Assembly (NCBI GenBank): GCA_964106645.2
Contig: OZ067046.1
Strand: one strand, 5' to 3'
DNA length: 64,000 nt
From: Podarcis pityusensis
Taxonomy: Eukaryota
Part shown: positions 25,252 to 38,178 of the stretch, piece by piece
Layout: each line of letters starts with the position of its first letter
Position numbering within the stretch: the first letter of the stretch is position 1
Notes under the pieces: model-generated
Databases searched by the model: none
Told to the model about the DNA's origin: nothing
Seen by the model: only the letters and a program-made list of their open reading frames with translations
Position numbers and translations under genes: made by a program

Positions 25252-25607
25252 AAGGTACCCCTGCCCGTATGGGCCAGTTGTGTCCGACTCTAGGGTTGTG
25301 TGCTCATCTCGCTCAAGAGGCCGGGAGCCAGCGCTGTCCGAAGACACTTCCGGGTCACGTGGCCAGCGTGACTAAGCTGCATCTGGCAAGCCAGCACCAG
25401 CACAGCACACGGAAATGCCGTTTACCTTCCCGCTATAAAGCGGTACCTATTTATCTACTTGCACTTAGGGGTGCTTTCGAACTGCTAGGTGGGCAGGAGC
25501 TAGGACCGAACGACAGGAGCTCACCCCGCCGCGGGGATTCGAACTGCCGACCTTACGATCAGCAAGTCCTAGGCACTGAGGTTTTATCCACAGCGCCACC
25601 CGCGTCC
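25252..25607 (-). mobile_element. Full-length Sauria SINE (second subfamily) with perfect TSD
   Basis: Minus strand begins GGACGCGGGTGGCGCTGTGG and has B-box GTTCGAATCC. 12-bp TSD GCTTAAATGTTA at 25240-25251 and 25608-25619. Confidence 0.95.
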
Positions 25608-26049
25608 GCTTAAATGTTACCTGAGAACAAACTGGAACCCCTGCAAGTGCAATGGAAATCTGCTTGCATAATTGGACTTCTGATCCCCTCCCCACTTTCA
25701 GCAATCCCACACCCCTCAAATCTGCTGCAGAATATCCACCAGCTCTTTGGAGAGATTTTGGAGCTTTATAGAGTTACATAGGGTAGGAGAGGAAGAAGAG
25801 GTTCCATTGAGCAAGTGGACACCACGTGCTGCATTGGATTTCAACCTACACAGTTAGAATTGCATCAGACTACAATTGATTAAGCAATTAAATATTCTTC
25901 TCTTTCCCTCTCAATGCAGCCTGCCATATCTATCTCTCACTCCTTCATGAGCTGTTTTTCTTTTTTTAACAAAGCACACCCCCCCCCCCTCTGATCCTTC
26001 TCCTTAGCTTATGATAATTTAAGGTAAGAGCCAATAAAATGCAGTCTGG

Positions 26050-26132
26050 TGTACCTGGAGATGCTGGGGATTGAACCCTGGACCTTCTGAATTCAAAGCA
26101 GATGCTCTACAACTGAGCTGCAGTCCTTCCCC
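26050..26132 (-). mobile_element. tRNA-derived SINE head (Squam3-like)
   Basis: Minus: GGACTGCAGCTCAGTTGTAGAGCATCTGCTTTG...GGTTCAATCCC. Confidence 0.7.
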
Positions 26133-27094
26133 GAACTTTTTATGAAACCAGGTGACAATGGATATTCAGCATTTCTCTAATATATGGTGTCAGATGATTG
26201 ATTTCCTCTCGGCGTGAAATGAGCTATATTGACATTGCTAAGTAAACATGGATCTTTGCTTAACCAAGAATAAACTTTTTAGATGATTGCACAGCATAAA
26301 TCAGATGTATTTAGCTTACAGATTTCATACTGCCAGTTCTGTTATGCATAGCAATGATCAAACAGAAAAAAGCAACAGAAATGGGAATGGAAATAAACAT
26401 TGCAAATTTGCCCTCCTGAATTTCTTTCAGATAGTGGTGGATGCAGGATTGCACACGTATAGTAATGTTTAATTATTTTTAATTATATCTCTAATTTACT
26501 AGTTTATATATACTAGTTTATAGTACCCTAATCACACTCTCAGTTGTTCGAAAAGTAGGTTACAAAGGAAGTTTAGAAGAGCATCTGTGTTGACACATAA
26601 ACCCACAGTCATGTTGAGGCTGCCTTCTGTTTGTATCTGTAGGAAGAATTTATTTTAGAGCTAAGCCAAAGTTTTCCAGAAAAAGGGATTTCTGATGATG
26701 AAGAAGAAGACTCTTTCTTTTGTTCTCCTGAATTGTTGGAGAATTTCAGTCCTCCCTGGGAACGTATCTGGCATACTATTTGCACACTTTTGCCACTTAA
26801 GAATAGGGCAAAAAATTGGGAAGCAACTGTGGATACAGTTTCAACAGTCAAATATTATTGTTAGCTCATATTGGTGGATGAAGGAAGCAATGGGTTTGGT
26901 CCTTCCCCTTCATGTCCTCCTCTCTTAGCCCACTAATTCCTTTGTCCACCAATATGAACTAACAACAAAGAGTTTCAGTCAACATTACGTGAGCTGAAAT
27001 TTCTTAGATAAGAGTTTTCCAAAGCATGTTTAGCAACCTTCATCATCACCCCTTTCCAACCAAATATAGCATTTAGAATTATAAGGTGACATTT

Positions 27095-27812
27095 TCATAG
27101 AATCATAGAATCATAGAGTTGGAAGAGACCACAAGGGCCATCGAGTCCAACCCCCTGCCAAGCAGGAAACACCATCAGAGCACTCCTGACATATGGTTGT
27201 CAAGCCTCTGCTTAAAGACCTCCAAAGAAGGAGACTCCACCACACTCCTTGGCACCAAATTCCACTGTCGAACAGCTCTTACTGTCAGGAAGTTCTTCCT
27301 AATGTTTAGGTGGAATCTTCTTTCTTGTAGTTTGGATCCATTGCTCCGTGTCCGCTTCTCTGGAGCAGCAGAAAACAACCTTTCTCCCTCCTCTATGTGA
27401 CATCCTTTTATATATTTGAACATGGCTATCATATCACCCCTTAACCTCCTCTTCTCCAGCCTAAACATGCCCAGCTCCCTTAGCCGTTCCTCATAAGGCA
27501 TCGTTTCCAGGCCTTTGACCATTTTGGTTGCCCTCCTCTGGACACGTTCCAGTTTGTCAGTGTCCTTCTTGAACTGTGGTGCCCAGAACTGGACACAGTA
27601 CTCCAGGTGAGGTCTGACCAGAGCAGAATACAGTGGCACTATTACTTCCCTTGATCTACATGCTATACTCCTATTGATGCAGCCCAGAATTGCATTGGCT
27701 TTTTTAGCTGCCGCGTCACACTGTTGGCTCATGTCAAGTTTGTGGTCAACCAAGACTCCTAGATCCTTTTCACATGTACTGCTCTCAAGCCAGGTGTCAC
27801 CCATCTTGTATT
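27095..27812 (-). mobile_element. Young CR1 LINE, 5'-truncated, open ORF2 C-terminus (27175-27804)
   Basis: [18 protein letters not shown]...[13 protein letters not shown]...; octamer tail. About 9 differences from the 12951 copy over ~635 bp by manual comparison. Confidence 0.97.
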
Positions 27813-28477
27813 GTTTTCACTTAGTTCTATTTTTTTTCTTTTAAAAAAAACATGTGTTTTTATTCTCCCTCCATGGTTTCTCATACATTTTATTCGTTGT
27901 TTACTTTTTAGTTCATGACAGTCATTTTGTAATTTGTCCATTGTGATTTACAGGTCACCATTTTGTGAAAACAAGTCCTAGCAACATCCCTAATTCTGAA
28001 TTGTCTTGTACTCCTGAGATCATGTGAGCTAAAAACTTTTTTTAATGTAAATGAGAGATGTTTTATGTGACTGAATACCCCCCATTTCATTTGTACTGAC
28101 TTCAAATATTCTTATTCTTATTCTTATTCTTATTATTATTATAAAAAGCATTAGCAGTGATGTTGTAATGGTGAAATTCAAGGCACAATTATAGAAAAAC
28201 AAAATAACCAACTCAGGAACCGAAACAAAGCAAATAAAAAGATCATCTATGGGACCACCATTCCATGTATTGTTTCAATTTCTGTTTTGTTATCATAATA
28301 AAGGAATTAATCAGAGGCTAGAAAAAAGCCAAAATCAGATGATCTACATGCAATTTTGTAGAAGGACAGGAATGGATTTGCAAATCCCTGTTCATGGCTT
28401 GGCCCAACACATTTTGCTGTCTGAGGCCGATCAGCAAATACTACTCACCACCCCAGTGAAGGTGTATAATAATACCC

Positions 28478-28668
28478 AGGCCTGATCAATATATTTTGGC
28501 ACCTGAGGCAGAAAGTCCTACAAGAGCATCTCCCCATCCTACTGGTAATAAAAATACAATAATAATAAATTAAGTAACTACCGGTAACCATTTTCTGCCC
28601 TTTCATGACATCCCAAACAGTGGCCTGAGGCAGACACCTCACTCTACCTAATGGCAGGGCTGATCCTG
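28478..28668. mobile_element. Old non-autonomous DNA transposon
   Basis: CAGG...CCTG ends and internal CCTGAGGCA repeats; a related copy is at about 51330-51530. Confidence 0.45.
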
Positions 28669-31600
28669 TCCCTGTTCAGCCATGAACTTTACTGAACTGC
28701 TTTGGGCATGTCACTATCCTTTAATCAGACCAACCCCACCCCCCCACCCCGCTCCAGCAGGGAAGAAACATCTCCCATATCTTCAGGGACATTTTAACAA
28801 TGTCCATCTTGCCGTTAAAGGAAAGGTGACAAAGTGTTGTTGTTTTCTCTGCCCCTGCTTCTCCCAACAAACAAAACAAAACCTTGCCACAATTTCAAAT
28901 AGTGTTATAATGATTCCCCCCCCCCCAGATTTTCCCACCCGCATCACCATTCTCCATCAATTAATAGGGAAAGAAAATGCATTCAAAAATTATCGAAGAG
29001 AAAAGAAAATCTTGGTGGAATTATTATGGGTGGGGTGCAGGATTTTTAATTGTGCTTAACTCACTTTGGTGGTGACTGAGGGATGTTGCTGTATATCCTT
29101 CTTTCATTCAACAAATCATCTCATCAATGGTCTGCGCTCTGCAGTCTTCCCATGTGCCCAAGCTTCAGTTAAAGCCTAGAGGAAGATATCATGAGGTAAC
29201 ACCTCCTAAGGGGCTTCTTTGGACTGGGAAGTAAAGGCAGCCAGGGAGGCTGCAGAGTGATGGAGAAATACTTAAAGGAAGGAGAAATACACATACCACC
29301 CCTGGCTACTTCACAACAAACCACCTGGTATTGTTTAGGGGAGGGGGGTTCTAACCATCTACATTAGAGAATCTTTCAATGAGCCCAGAGACTGGCAGGG
29401 ATGGGAAGAGAAAGTTTAATTTTTAACTTCCTTACAATAAATTATCTTAGGCTCCAAACCAGAATGGTTATTTTTTGTGGTGATGTGGGGCTGGGTGAAG
29501 ACCATGATGAGCTGAAGGGACTTTGAAACAAGACTCCAAGGCTGACTGATGGCATAAGATTCCCTACATATAAGTACAAGTGCTATTGATTAACTATAAC
29601 CATCCTTAATCAACAGCCTCTGAAGCAACCTTGGCTGTCATTCATCTTGTTAACAAGGCCTTACATGAAGAACTAGAGTTGACCTTCCCCATTAGTATGA
29701 GTTTCACCTCCGTTCTTCAAGGATTACATTTAGCTAACCCAGTCTCCAGTTTTCTGCTGTGCACCAGACAGCTTTCTAGAAATACTTTATCTCCAACAAC
29801 CACAGAACTGCTGTTTAGTTCATCGTTGGTTAACAGCCTGCAACAGGAAAGGGTCTCAAAGGAAAACATATTGATCCAACTCAGGAGTAAAATACAAGAT
29901 TTAAAAAGCACTGAAAGGAATTTCATGCAAAGGAGAAACAGGGTGAACCACAGGAGCTTACAGAGAGGAAGGATTCAAATCAAGGGTTAGCTATGGGGCA
30001 GCCAGCGTCAATGCCGCAAGTTAAGATGGCTTTGCCTGCACAATTTTCAGATCATTTTCTTCTGTCTGGTGCTAACCACAAAATTCCATATGACTGTAGC
30101 AAAGGCTGGTCTGTGGCAAGAATTCTTTTAATTGCCTAGCCTTGGGGTTGCATGCTATCCCTTCCTCACTTAAAAGAAACCAAACAAACATGTAAATAGA
30201 ATGAACATTTGGATACCCATCTCCTATTTTACAGCTGAAATTTTAGACAATGAACATAGCTTTCTTTTTTTAATTTAACTATTTTTGATCTCCGGGCTGT
30301 AAAACGGAAGATAGAGAAGTAAACCATTTGCCTTTAACCTGTGTATATTATGCCACCACGTGTATCATATGCTTCTAGTTACAGTTGAAGAATTAACCAT
30401 AATTAATTCTAGGAAATGTCCTTTTAAGTTTGGCATTAGCTAATCATATGGGCATCTGTGGACCAGCAAAGCAGATTCAGATATATGGCTGCCTTCATCA
30501 AATTATACAGTAGAAATGAATTGGGCTATAACAGCCTCTCTAGAAATGATTCAAGCCAGACCATGTTCTTGTCAGCATCACCCACCTGGAGGTAGACATT
30601 GCATTCTTCTATATTTCACAATTTTATAGGATTTATCATATGCATATAAGAAAGTGAAAGAGACCTATAAGTTCAGCATTACCTTCCCTTCATACTAATG
30701 GAAACATGTGAATGCCCAAATAGCACTTTAAATGTGCTGGCAAGCTATTATATAAGTGCCCCATTCTGGTGGCCTCCAAATGTTGTTGGATCATCAGCCT
30801 TGACCATTGACTATGCTGGCGAGGAATGATGGGAATAGGAGTCCAACAATATCTACATTGGTTACACCTGCTCTATATTAATGCACACACTGTAAGAGCA
30901 CTGCTGCAGTCATGCAGGTTTTCGAATTGAAATACAAAATATGTTCATTCATTCATTCATTCATTGGGGGTATAATAGGAAACTACTGTGAACCCTATCT
31001 ATCATGCACTGAATTCAAGAACTTTACAGAATTAATTCCCTTGTCACAAATGTCACGACTATAAAAACTGTTACTTGTGAACTATAAAAACAAAAGTGTT
31101 CCCAGTTGTCCAGACCATTTCAGTTTTAATACACTGGTTATATTGTAGGGTTTCCTAAAATGGATCTGTTTTCAAACCAGATTTTGCAAAGTTCATCCAA
31201 ATACGAATCTGTATATCTGTCTTATCAGAAATGTCTGAAGTCCAGGCACTAGTCTCTTCCATCTAGTAGAATGCAATACATTCACATAACAGGGGTATTA
31301 TGGATAATGATTTATATATCTTACGCTGCTTCAAGGTGCAAAATATCACTGGCAAAATATCCAGAAAGGCACTGGGATGAAATTGTGTTGCTGTTATTAC
31401 AAACATCCTAGATAGCTATAAATTAGCAATGCCATTATCAGCCAAAGCTCCTATGTATTCTGCTTGTCAGAAACTCATTTTGGAAGCAGTGACATAATGA
31501 TGGATGTTAGACAGGAACATTGTATTAAGACATGCTGTATATCTGTAACATGACATTATCATATCCTAGAATGCTTTTGATCTGTAAGCCTATGCTATCC

Positions 31601-31855
31601 CAAGGCTTTAGCTGGTTCACTAGAACTAAGCACCCATTCATTCTAAGGGAAAGTAAGGTAGCAGAACTGGACAACTGTGCAGCTATGTTCGGTTCAAAAC
31701 TTCTATTTGAGCTCTCTTTTAACAACAGCTTTGTATTAGTGTAAATTTACTTTGGCAGAAAAAAAATGGATGGAAGTATTATAAGGATGCTGAGACAGGG
31801 GCCATAGAAAGTTCCCAAAATTCAATATGGCATTTAAGAAGTCAGGAAAGGATTT

Positions 31856-31860
<5 letters not shown>

Positions 31861-31898
<38 letters not shown>
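31861..31898. repeat. (AC)n microsatellite
   Basis: Perfect AC run. Confidence 0.95.
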
Positions 31899-31902
<4 letters not shown>

Positions 31903-32929
31903 TGGTTTACCAGCTAAATCCTATGGAAAAAAACTGGAAATAACAAAATGTGTTTATTGCAGGTTAAAGAAGATTTAAAGATTCTTCAGGAGAACATAGC
32001 AAGTGCTTGCTGTAATAAGCTTGAACTACATATGGAATGGGGAACATGTGGCCTTCTAGCTGTTTTGGACCACAACTCTGATCATGTTGGCTGAAGGGCC
32101 ACAGAAATAGAGGAAAGTAGATGTAGATTTGGCATTAGTTGGGAAAAAGATTTCTGCTATGCTGACCTCTGCACTGCCTGTCTTTCTCCTGATAAGCAGC
32201 AGCAATCTTGCCCATACCACTCCAGCCGCATCACATTACCTTACCTCCCTATCTCCTGGCAAGAACCAGCGACCCCACTGCCAGGAAGCTAGCACTGTGA
32301 CTCCTACCCACCAGGTGAGTCATTTCCCCTCAGCCAAAAGTAATTGCCAGTCAACAGTTCAATAAAAGTGCGACTGCTGAAAATATTATTGAAACATATC
32401 TAAACTAACAGCATAATCCATTACACTATTTAAAATGTATCCAATATCTTTAACAATAATAATTTTAAAAAATGTTAATAACCATTACAGAAATGGCTAT
32501 AACAGGATCTTTCCCATTTATAATTTAACTCACGACTACTATCTTGTGCTCTTCATATTCCTTCATTACTCTAAATCATGCTGGCAGTCAATCATTGGAA
32601 TCAGCTTGTTCCTTCTAAAGAGAGAAAACCACAACTAGAGACCTGGTAGCTAGTAGATTTGTCAGCAAAAATGCCACTACATCCTCTCCTATCCACTTTG
32701 CTATGAATTTCTGCCTAGGGCAATGATACAGATTACACTGAAATACCATATATTTCAGGTTTTCCAACATAGGCTGTCCACAAACAATACTGCTTCTCCA
32801 GAGAAATTCTTCTGAACCACCCTAATGTAACCACAGAGGCAGCACAGCAAAATTCAGTCTTATAAAAATGATTATGTACAGTGCTCTTTACTTTGTACAT
32901 GCAAATTTTGTTATCTATGGTGGCCAACA

Positions 32930-33292
32930 GGGACACAGCTGGCGCTGTGGTCTAAACCACTGAGCCTCTTGGGCTTGCCGATCAGGAGGTCGGCAGTTCG
33001 AATCCCCACGATGGGGTGAGCTCCCGTTGCTTGGTCCCAGCTCCTGCCCACCTAGCAGTTCAAAAGCACATCAAAGTGCAAGAAGATAAATCGGTACCAC
33101 TCCAGTGAGAAGGTAAACGGCGTTTCCGTGCGCTGCTCTGGTTTGCCAGAAGCGGCTTAGTCATGCTGGCCACATGACCCGGAAGCTGTACGTTGGCTCC
33201 CTCGGCCAATAAAGCGAGATGAGTGCCGCAACCCCAGAGTCGCCCGCAACTGGACTTAACTGTCAGGGGTCCCTTTACCTTAACGTTTACCT
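32930..33292 (+). mobile_element. Full-length Sauria SINE with perfect TSD
   Basis: Colinear with the 21800 copy. 14-bp TSD TATGGTGGCCAACA at 32916-32929 and 33293-33306. Confidence 0.95.
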
Positions 33293-33683
33293 TATGGTGG
33301 CCAACATCCAGTGACAGGTAGAATTGATACAATTTTGGAATATTGATCTCTGCCTACAATACATGAAAGTCTAAATTCAAAATACACTGTCTTAACAAGT
33401 CCACAATGTTATTGTCTCTTTGGGTTAACAAAACAATCAGACAGAATTCCAATCACAGCTGACATAAAATCCTGCTGGATAAGACCAAAGGCCTATGTAG
33501 TCCAGCATTCTGTTTTCACAGTGCCTTTTTTGAGGATTGCAGTTTTATTTTATTCTTATTTTGACAACTTATATATAGCTTAACACCATAGTGTCTAAAC
33601 AGTGTACAATAAGGATAGAAACAGTTAAAATGAACTCTAAAAATCAGAAAACTTCTTTCATATTTGCTTTTGGATATAAGAAA

Positions 33684-33839
33684 CATGGAGTTTTCTTGGC
33701 AGGGATACTGGAGTGGCTTGCCAGTTCCTGCTCTAGGTGGATCACGTTTAGTCAAAACTGTCCACTATGACCTGTCCATCTTGGGTGGCCCTGCACGGCA
33801 TAGCTCATAGCTTCTCTGAGTTATTCAAGCCCCTTCGCC
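33684..33839 (-). mobile_element. RTE-BovB 5' region, inverted
   Basis: Minus strand reads GCCGTGCAGGGCCACCCAAGATGGACAGGTCATAGTGGA...GGCAAGCCACTCCAGTATCCCTGCCAAGAAAACTCCATG, which matches my recollection of the BovB segment upstream of the endonuclease. Confidence 0.75.
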
Positions 33840-33840
33840 G

Positions 33841-34378
33841 CAAAGCTACAGTTAAAACTGGATATGGAACAACTGATTGGTTCAAAATTGGGAAAGGAGT
33901 ATGACGAGGAGTATGATGAGGCTGTCTCCCTGCTTATTTAACTTATATGCAGAATTCATCATGCAAAAGGCTGGACTGGATGAATCCCAAGCCGGAATTA
34001 AGATTGCCAGAATAAATATCAACAACCTCATGCTGATGATACAACCTTGATGGCAGAAAGTGAGGAGGAATTAAAGAACCTTTTAATGAGGGTAAAAGAG
34101 GAGAGCGCAAAATATGGTCTGAAGCTCAACATCAAAAAAACTAAGATCATGGCCACTGGTCCCATCACCTCCTGGCAAATAGAAGGGGAAGAAATGGAGG
34201 CAGTGAGAGACTTTACTTTCTTGGGTTCCATGATCACTGCAGACGGTCACAGCAATCACGAAATTAAAAGACGCCTGCTTCTTGGGAGAAAAGCAATGAC
34301 AAACGTAGACAGCATCTTAATAAGCAGAGGCATCACCTTGCCGACAAAGGTCCGTATAATTAAAGCTATGGTTTTCCA
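33841..34378 (+). mobile_element. RTE-BovB LINE reverse-transcriptase fragment (disrupted)
   Basis: TDWFKIGKGV, LSPCLFNLYAE, ADDTTLMAESEEELKNLLMRVKEESAKYGLKLNIKKTKIMA and EIKRRLLLGRKAM are characteristic BovB ORF motifs. Confidence 0.95.
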
Positions 34379-34380
34379 AG

Positions 34381-34676
34381 GATCCAGTGAAGATCCTTTA
34401 AGAGTGGTGTTATATGGTCCAGGTGGCTGCTCCCAGTCACCAGTCTAGCTGCCGCATTCTGTATTAGTTGTAGTTTCTGAGTCACCCTCAAAGGTGACTA
34501 GAGCATATAGAGCACATTGCAGTAGTCAAAGCGGGAAATAACCAGAGCATGTACCAACCTGGCTTGACAGTCTGTGGGCAGGTAGGGTCTCAGACGGCAT
34601 ACCAGATTTAGCTGGTAGACAGCTGCCATGGACACAGAATTGACCTGCATCTCAATGGACAGCTGTGAGTCCAAAA
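34381..34676 (-). mobile_element. L2 LINE fragment
   Basis: Reverse complement aligns with about 45415-45700 (GACTCACAGCTGTCCAT...CAGAATGCGGCAGCTAGA). Confidence 0.85.
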
Positions 34677-36111
34677 CGTCTACTAAGAGTAGACCAATTT
34701 AAATGAACGGACATGACTAGCTTAGGTTGATTAATTTCAATGGATATACTCTGAGTATAACATAGTTGAATACAACCTATGATCCTGAGCTACATTTCTG
34801 TCTTTTGTGCCTATGATATTCTTTAGCCTATAAACAATCCACCAAAAAAGTACACAAAAAGTGGTATTTCAACTGTCGTCTTCTTTTTAGTGGTGAAATT
34901 CTTTCCTTCATCTAATATTATGCCATCCATTGATGGGTTGTCTTTTTAATGAAAATGAAACATGCATGCACACACAGAAAGAATACTGAATTCATGTTGA
35001 ATTAATTTTCTAATTGCCTGCAAGTGAAACATCGTCAGTTTGGCAATGGCATAATTATGTAAAAGAGAGGATCAGGTAGTAAGAGTCAGGCAGGTGATGA
35101 CTGCAGGGTTTGATGAGAGAGTGTGTGGGCTTCACCCAGCTGGATTTCATTCTTGTTTTGTACAGCATGCAGAGAATTGATAATTGTTTAACAATGGGAA
35201 CCTGGCTAATAATTCCATTACAGCTGTATTGCCTTCTAGGAGTACACCCATGTAGCCAAGTGCTCTCAGAAAATACAATATGGTAATGATTATCCAAAAT
35301 GACTCCAGGGTGACAGGTTTACCTCAAAACAATTTAACACAAGGATGAGGTATGCAGCAACAGTTTTGACAGAGGCTGCCATGGAATCTTTGACAACAGC
35401 CTGCTTAGGAGTAAATTCTAGCAAAAATGGGCCTAGAGAAAAACAAGGCTTTGTGGTGTGTTTCTAGAAATAGTCTGAAGGGACAAAGAGCGCTCAGTTT
35501 CATATTTATGTTTTCATTTTGGGGATTCCTACTGTTGTCTTCAGTAAGGTTTCCAAGGCAACTAGCAAAAAAAAACTCCAAAAAAAACACAGCAGGAATG
35601 GAATAAAAATAATTCTGAATAGTAAGTGGTATATAAGTACCCTAAATCAATTTAAAATATTAATCTAAGTGAGTAGCATAAAAGCAGCAACAGATATAAA
35701 ACAGATTAGATTAAAAAGCCAGGGGCGGGCGAAGGAACCATCTGACACCAAAATTACATCTGAGTGCCAGGCAAGCCTCCTGACGGATGGCATTCCATGG
35801 TCAGGGCACCATAACTGGCAAGGCCCTTTTCCTGGTAGCCACCTGCTGAGAATCAGTGATAAAGTTCCCCAGAGAACCGTCTGTACTAAAGGTATCACTT
35901 TGTGAACTAATGCTGCAACAAAAATTGTCATCTAGTTTCTCGAAGCTTTTCTTCTTCCGTGAGAGAGGCTTCCTTTTTTCTGCTTCATTCTCAGGGACTT
36001 GAAAATTTCTTTAGGGTTTTGGTAAGCGCAGGGTTTTGATATTTCTTCTTCCATGAACTGTGGTGAGGGATGGTGTGTGTGCTTCTCTTGTTAGCACACA
36101 TTTGTTCAGCA

Positions 36112-36235
36112 CAGTGGCGGAGAGCAGGCAGGGGCGGGGCACCCAGTGCAGGGGGGGGCAGCTGCGATGGCAGCCCACCAGGATTGCTCTGCCAGGGGCA
36201 GTGCGCTCCCCCGCACTCCTCTTCCTCTGCCAGTG
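36112..36235. mobile_element. GC-rich hAT-type MITE with perfect 8-bp TSD
   Basis: CAGTGGCGGAG / CTCtGCCAgTG ends; TSD GTTCAGCA at 36104-36111 and 36236-36243. Confidence 0.85.
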
Positions 36236-36515
36236 GTTCAGCATGCTGCAACCTCCCTGACTGCCTGTGCTCTCTGACTTGAAAAAGCGCCATGGCAAGC
36301 ATGACTTCAAGATGACTTCCCCAGAGGGTTTAATTGAGGCATGGGCAGCTGGGATGGCTGAGGAGTGTGAGATCATTTGCAGAATGGAAGAAAAGGCATT
36401 CACGAACCCCCTCAGCCTAAGATAAGTATGTCCCCCACCCTGCAGCCCTCCCATGAGAAAGTCATCCTTTTTTTCCTATGTGCTAATTAATTGCTAGAGA
36501 AATGTTTTAAAAATA

Positions 36516-36757
36516 CAGTGGTACCTCTGGTTAAGAACTTAACTCGTTCTGGAGGTCCGTTGTTAACCTGAAACTGTTCTTAACCTGAGGTACCACTTTA
36601 GCTAATGGGGCCTCCCACTGCCACTGCACAGCCACCACCCAATTTCTGTTCTCATCCTGAAGCAAAGTTCTTAACCTAAGGTACTATTTTTGGGTTAGCG
36701 GAGTCTATAACCTGAAGCGTCTGTAACCTGAAGCATCTGTAACCCGAGGTACCACTG
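36516..36757. mobile_element. Tc1/mariner (Tigger-like) MITE
   Basis: TA + CAGTGGTACCTC ... GAGGTACCACTG. Confidence 0.9.
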
Positions 36758-38178
36758 CATGGGGGTTTTTTGTTTTGTTTTTGGCACAGCACTGCTATGA
36801 GCTGGCACAAGACACATGGTCCTCCAGATACCATGGTGCCAAATCACTTGGTTTAGCTAAATCAACTGGCAAGTGTTTCTTTGTGTGTTCTCCACAGAAA
36901 TTGGTCCACTGGCTAGTGGTGCTTAGTGCTGGATGGGTGTGCTCTCTTGCGCTGGGCTTTCAAGACTTTCAAGGGGATAGGAAGAATATGTATTCCATAT
37001 TCATATTGTGCATTTCCCCCCCTGTTGTGAACCACCCTGGGTGTCCTTAGGGGTGGATGGAGCCATTATGGTCCAGCCCAATTCAATTCTATATGCAGAA
37101 AGACTATGTCTGTCCTGTTTCCATGTTTTATAAAGACCTGCATTGCATCACAGAGACGATCAACCATTCCTTTATTCACCTACAGAGAAGAGGGGGGGAA
37201 TTCTCATCAGGCAACAGAGCAAATTCAGTCCCATCTTGTAAGGTGTGGTGGTGGTGATGGACAATAAGAGTTAGCACTACAGAAGCCCTGAAAAGCACAT
37301 TCCTAGTGAAATCAGTGAAAAGCCCGTTCAGAGAGGGCATACAATATTGCCTGTTAAGAGAATGAGATTTTCCACAACCGACTGCAATGTGACCACTGTG
37401 CAGCTTTTGATAAGGTGTTGCCATTGAAGCATCAGTGCCCCCAGTAAATCATTTCAAAACAGATTGTGTGTGTGTGTTTTATGTACATATAAGCTGTGAA
37501 ACTTTCATGCTCACTGCAGGCCTAGTGAGCCTGCAAAACCCCAAAGGCCTGCAGAGAATTCCAAAGGCAGCTGCAGTGGTTTGGTGGAAAAGTGGATTTT
37601 ATTTCTGAAGAAATAGCCCCTGTGGATTCTTCAGGCACTTCACTCAACCCTGTATTCAGAAGAAGAAACCCTGCAACATTAATTATTTTGCTTCATGTAA
37701 AGCCTTCATGATTCTTCTGTGATGAAACACTTTACTGGTTCATTGGCAATGCCAAGACTCCCTTGGCCAGTGTTGGTCACACGGAGGACATTTTATGAAG
37801 TTACCTATGCTAAGTCAGCCCTAGCCTCCCCCAGCCTGGTATCCTCCAAGTGTTTTTGGACTCAAACTCACATCAGCCACAGCTGGCATTACCAATGGTC
37901 AGGTAGCATGGCAGCTGTAGTCCAAAGCAGTTGGAGGGCACAAAGTTGGGGAAACCCCCCCCCCATTGCCACCTTCTCAGACTGTCAGCAGCTCTCCATG
38001 ATTTGTGATAGGGATCTGCTGCCTTAGATCCTTTTAATTCATTGTGCCAGAGACTGAGCCTGTGATCTTCTGCATTAAAAACATGTCCTACCTAGTACTG
38101 AGTTATGGCCCCTTTCTGTTCTCCCACAGTGTGGGGCCATTTGTTATCTTATATTGTTTTTCTATATACAGTCTAGGC

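Noticed and set aside
12980-27400. Thrice-repeated 93-aa ORF MEETxRAIESNPLP (12980, 16832, 27119) as a gene family
   Set aside because: It is the antisense frame of the three young CR1 copies.
29631-29990. Opposed 119-aa and 69-aa ORFs, including an acceptor-opened minus frame LLTNDELNSSSVVVGDK
   Set aside because: No recognisable homology and no matching donor; compatible with chance.
35932-36057. Minus-strand acceptor-opened frame FMEEEISKPCAYQNPKEIFKSLRMKQKK
   Set aside because: Unrecognised peptide and weak acceptor; it overlaps the better-supported plus-strand microexon candidate.
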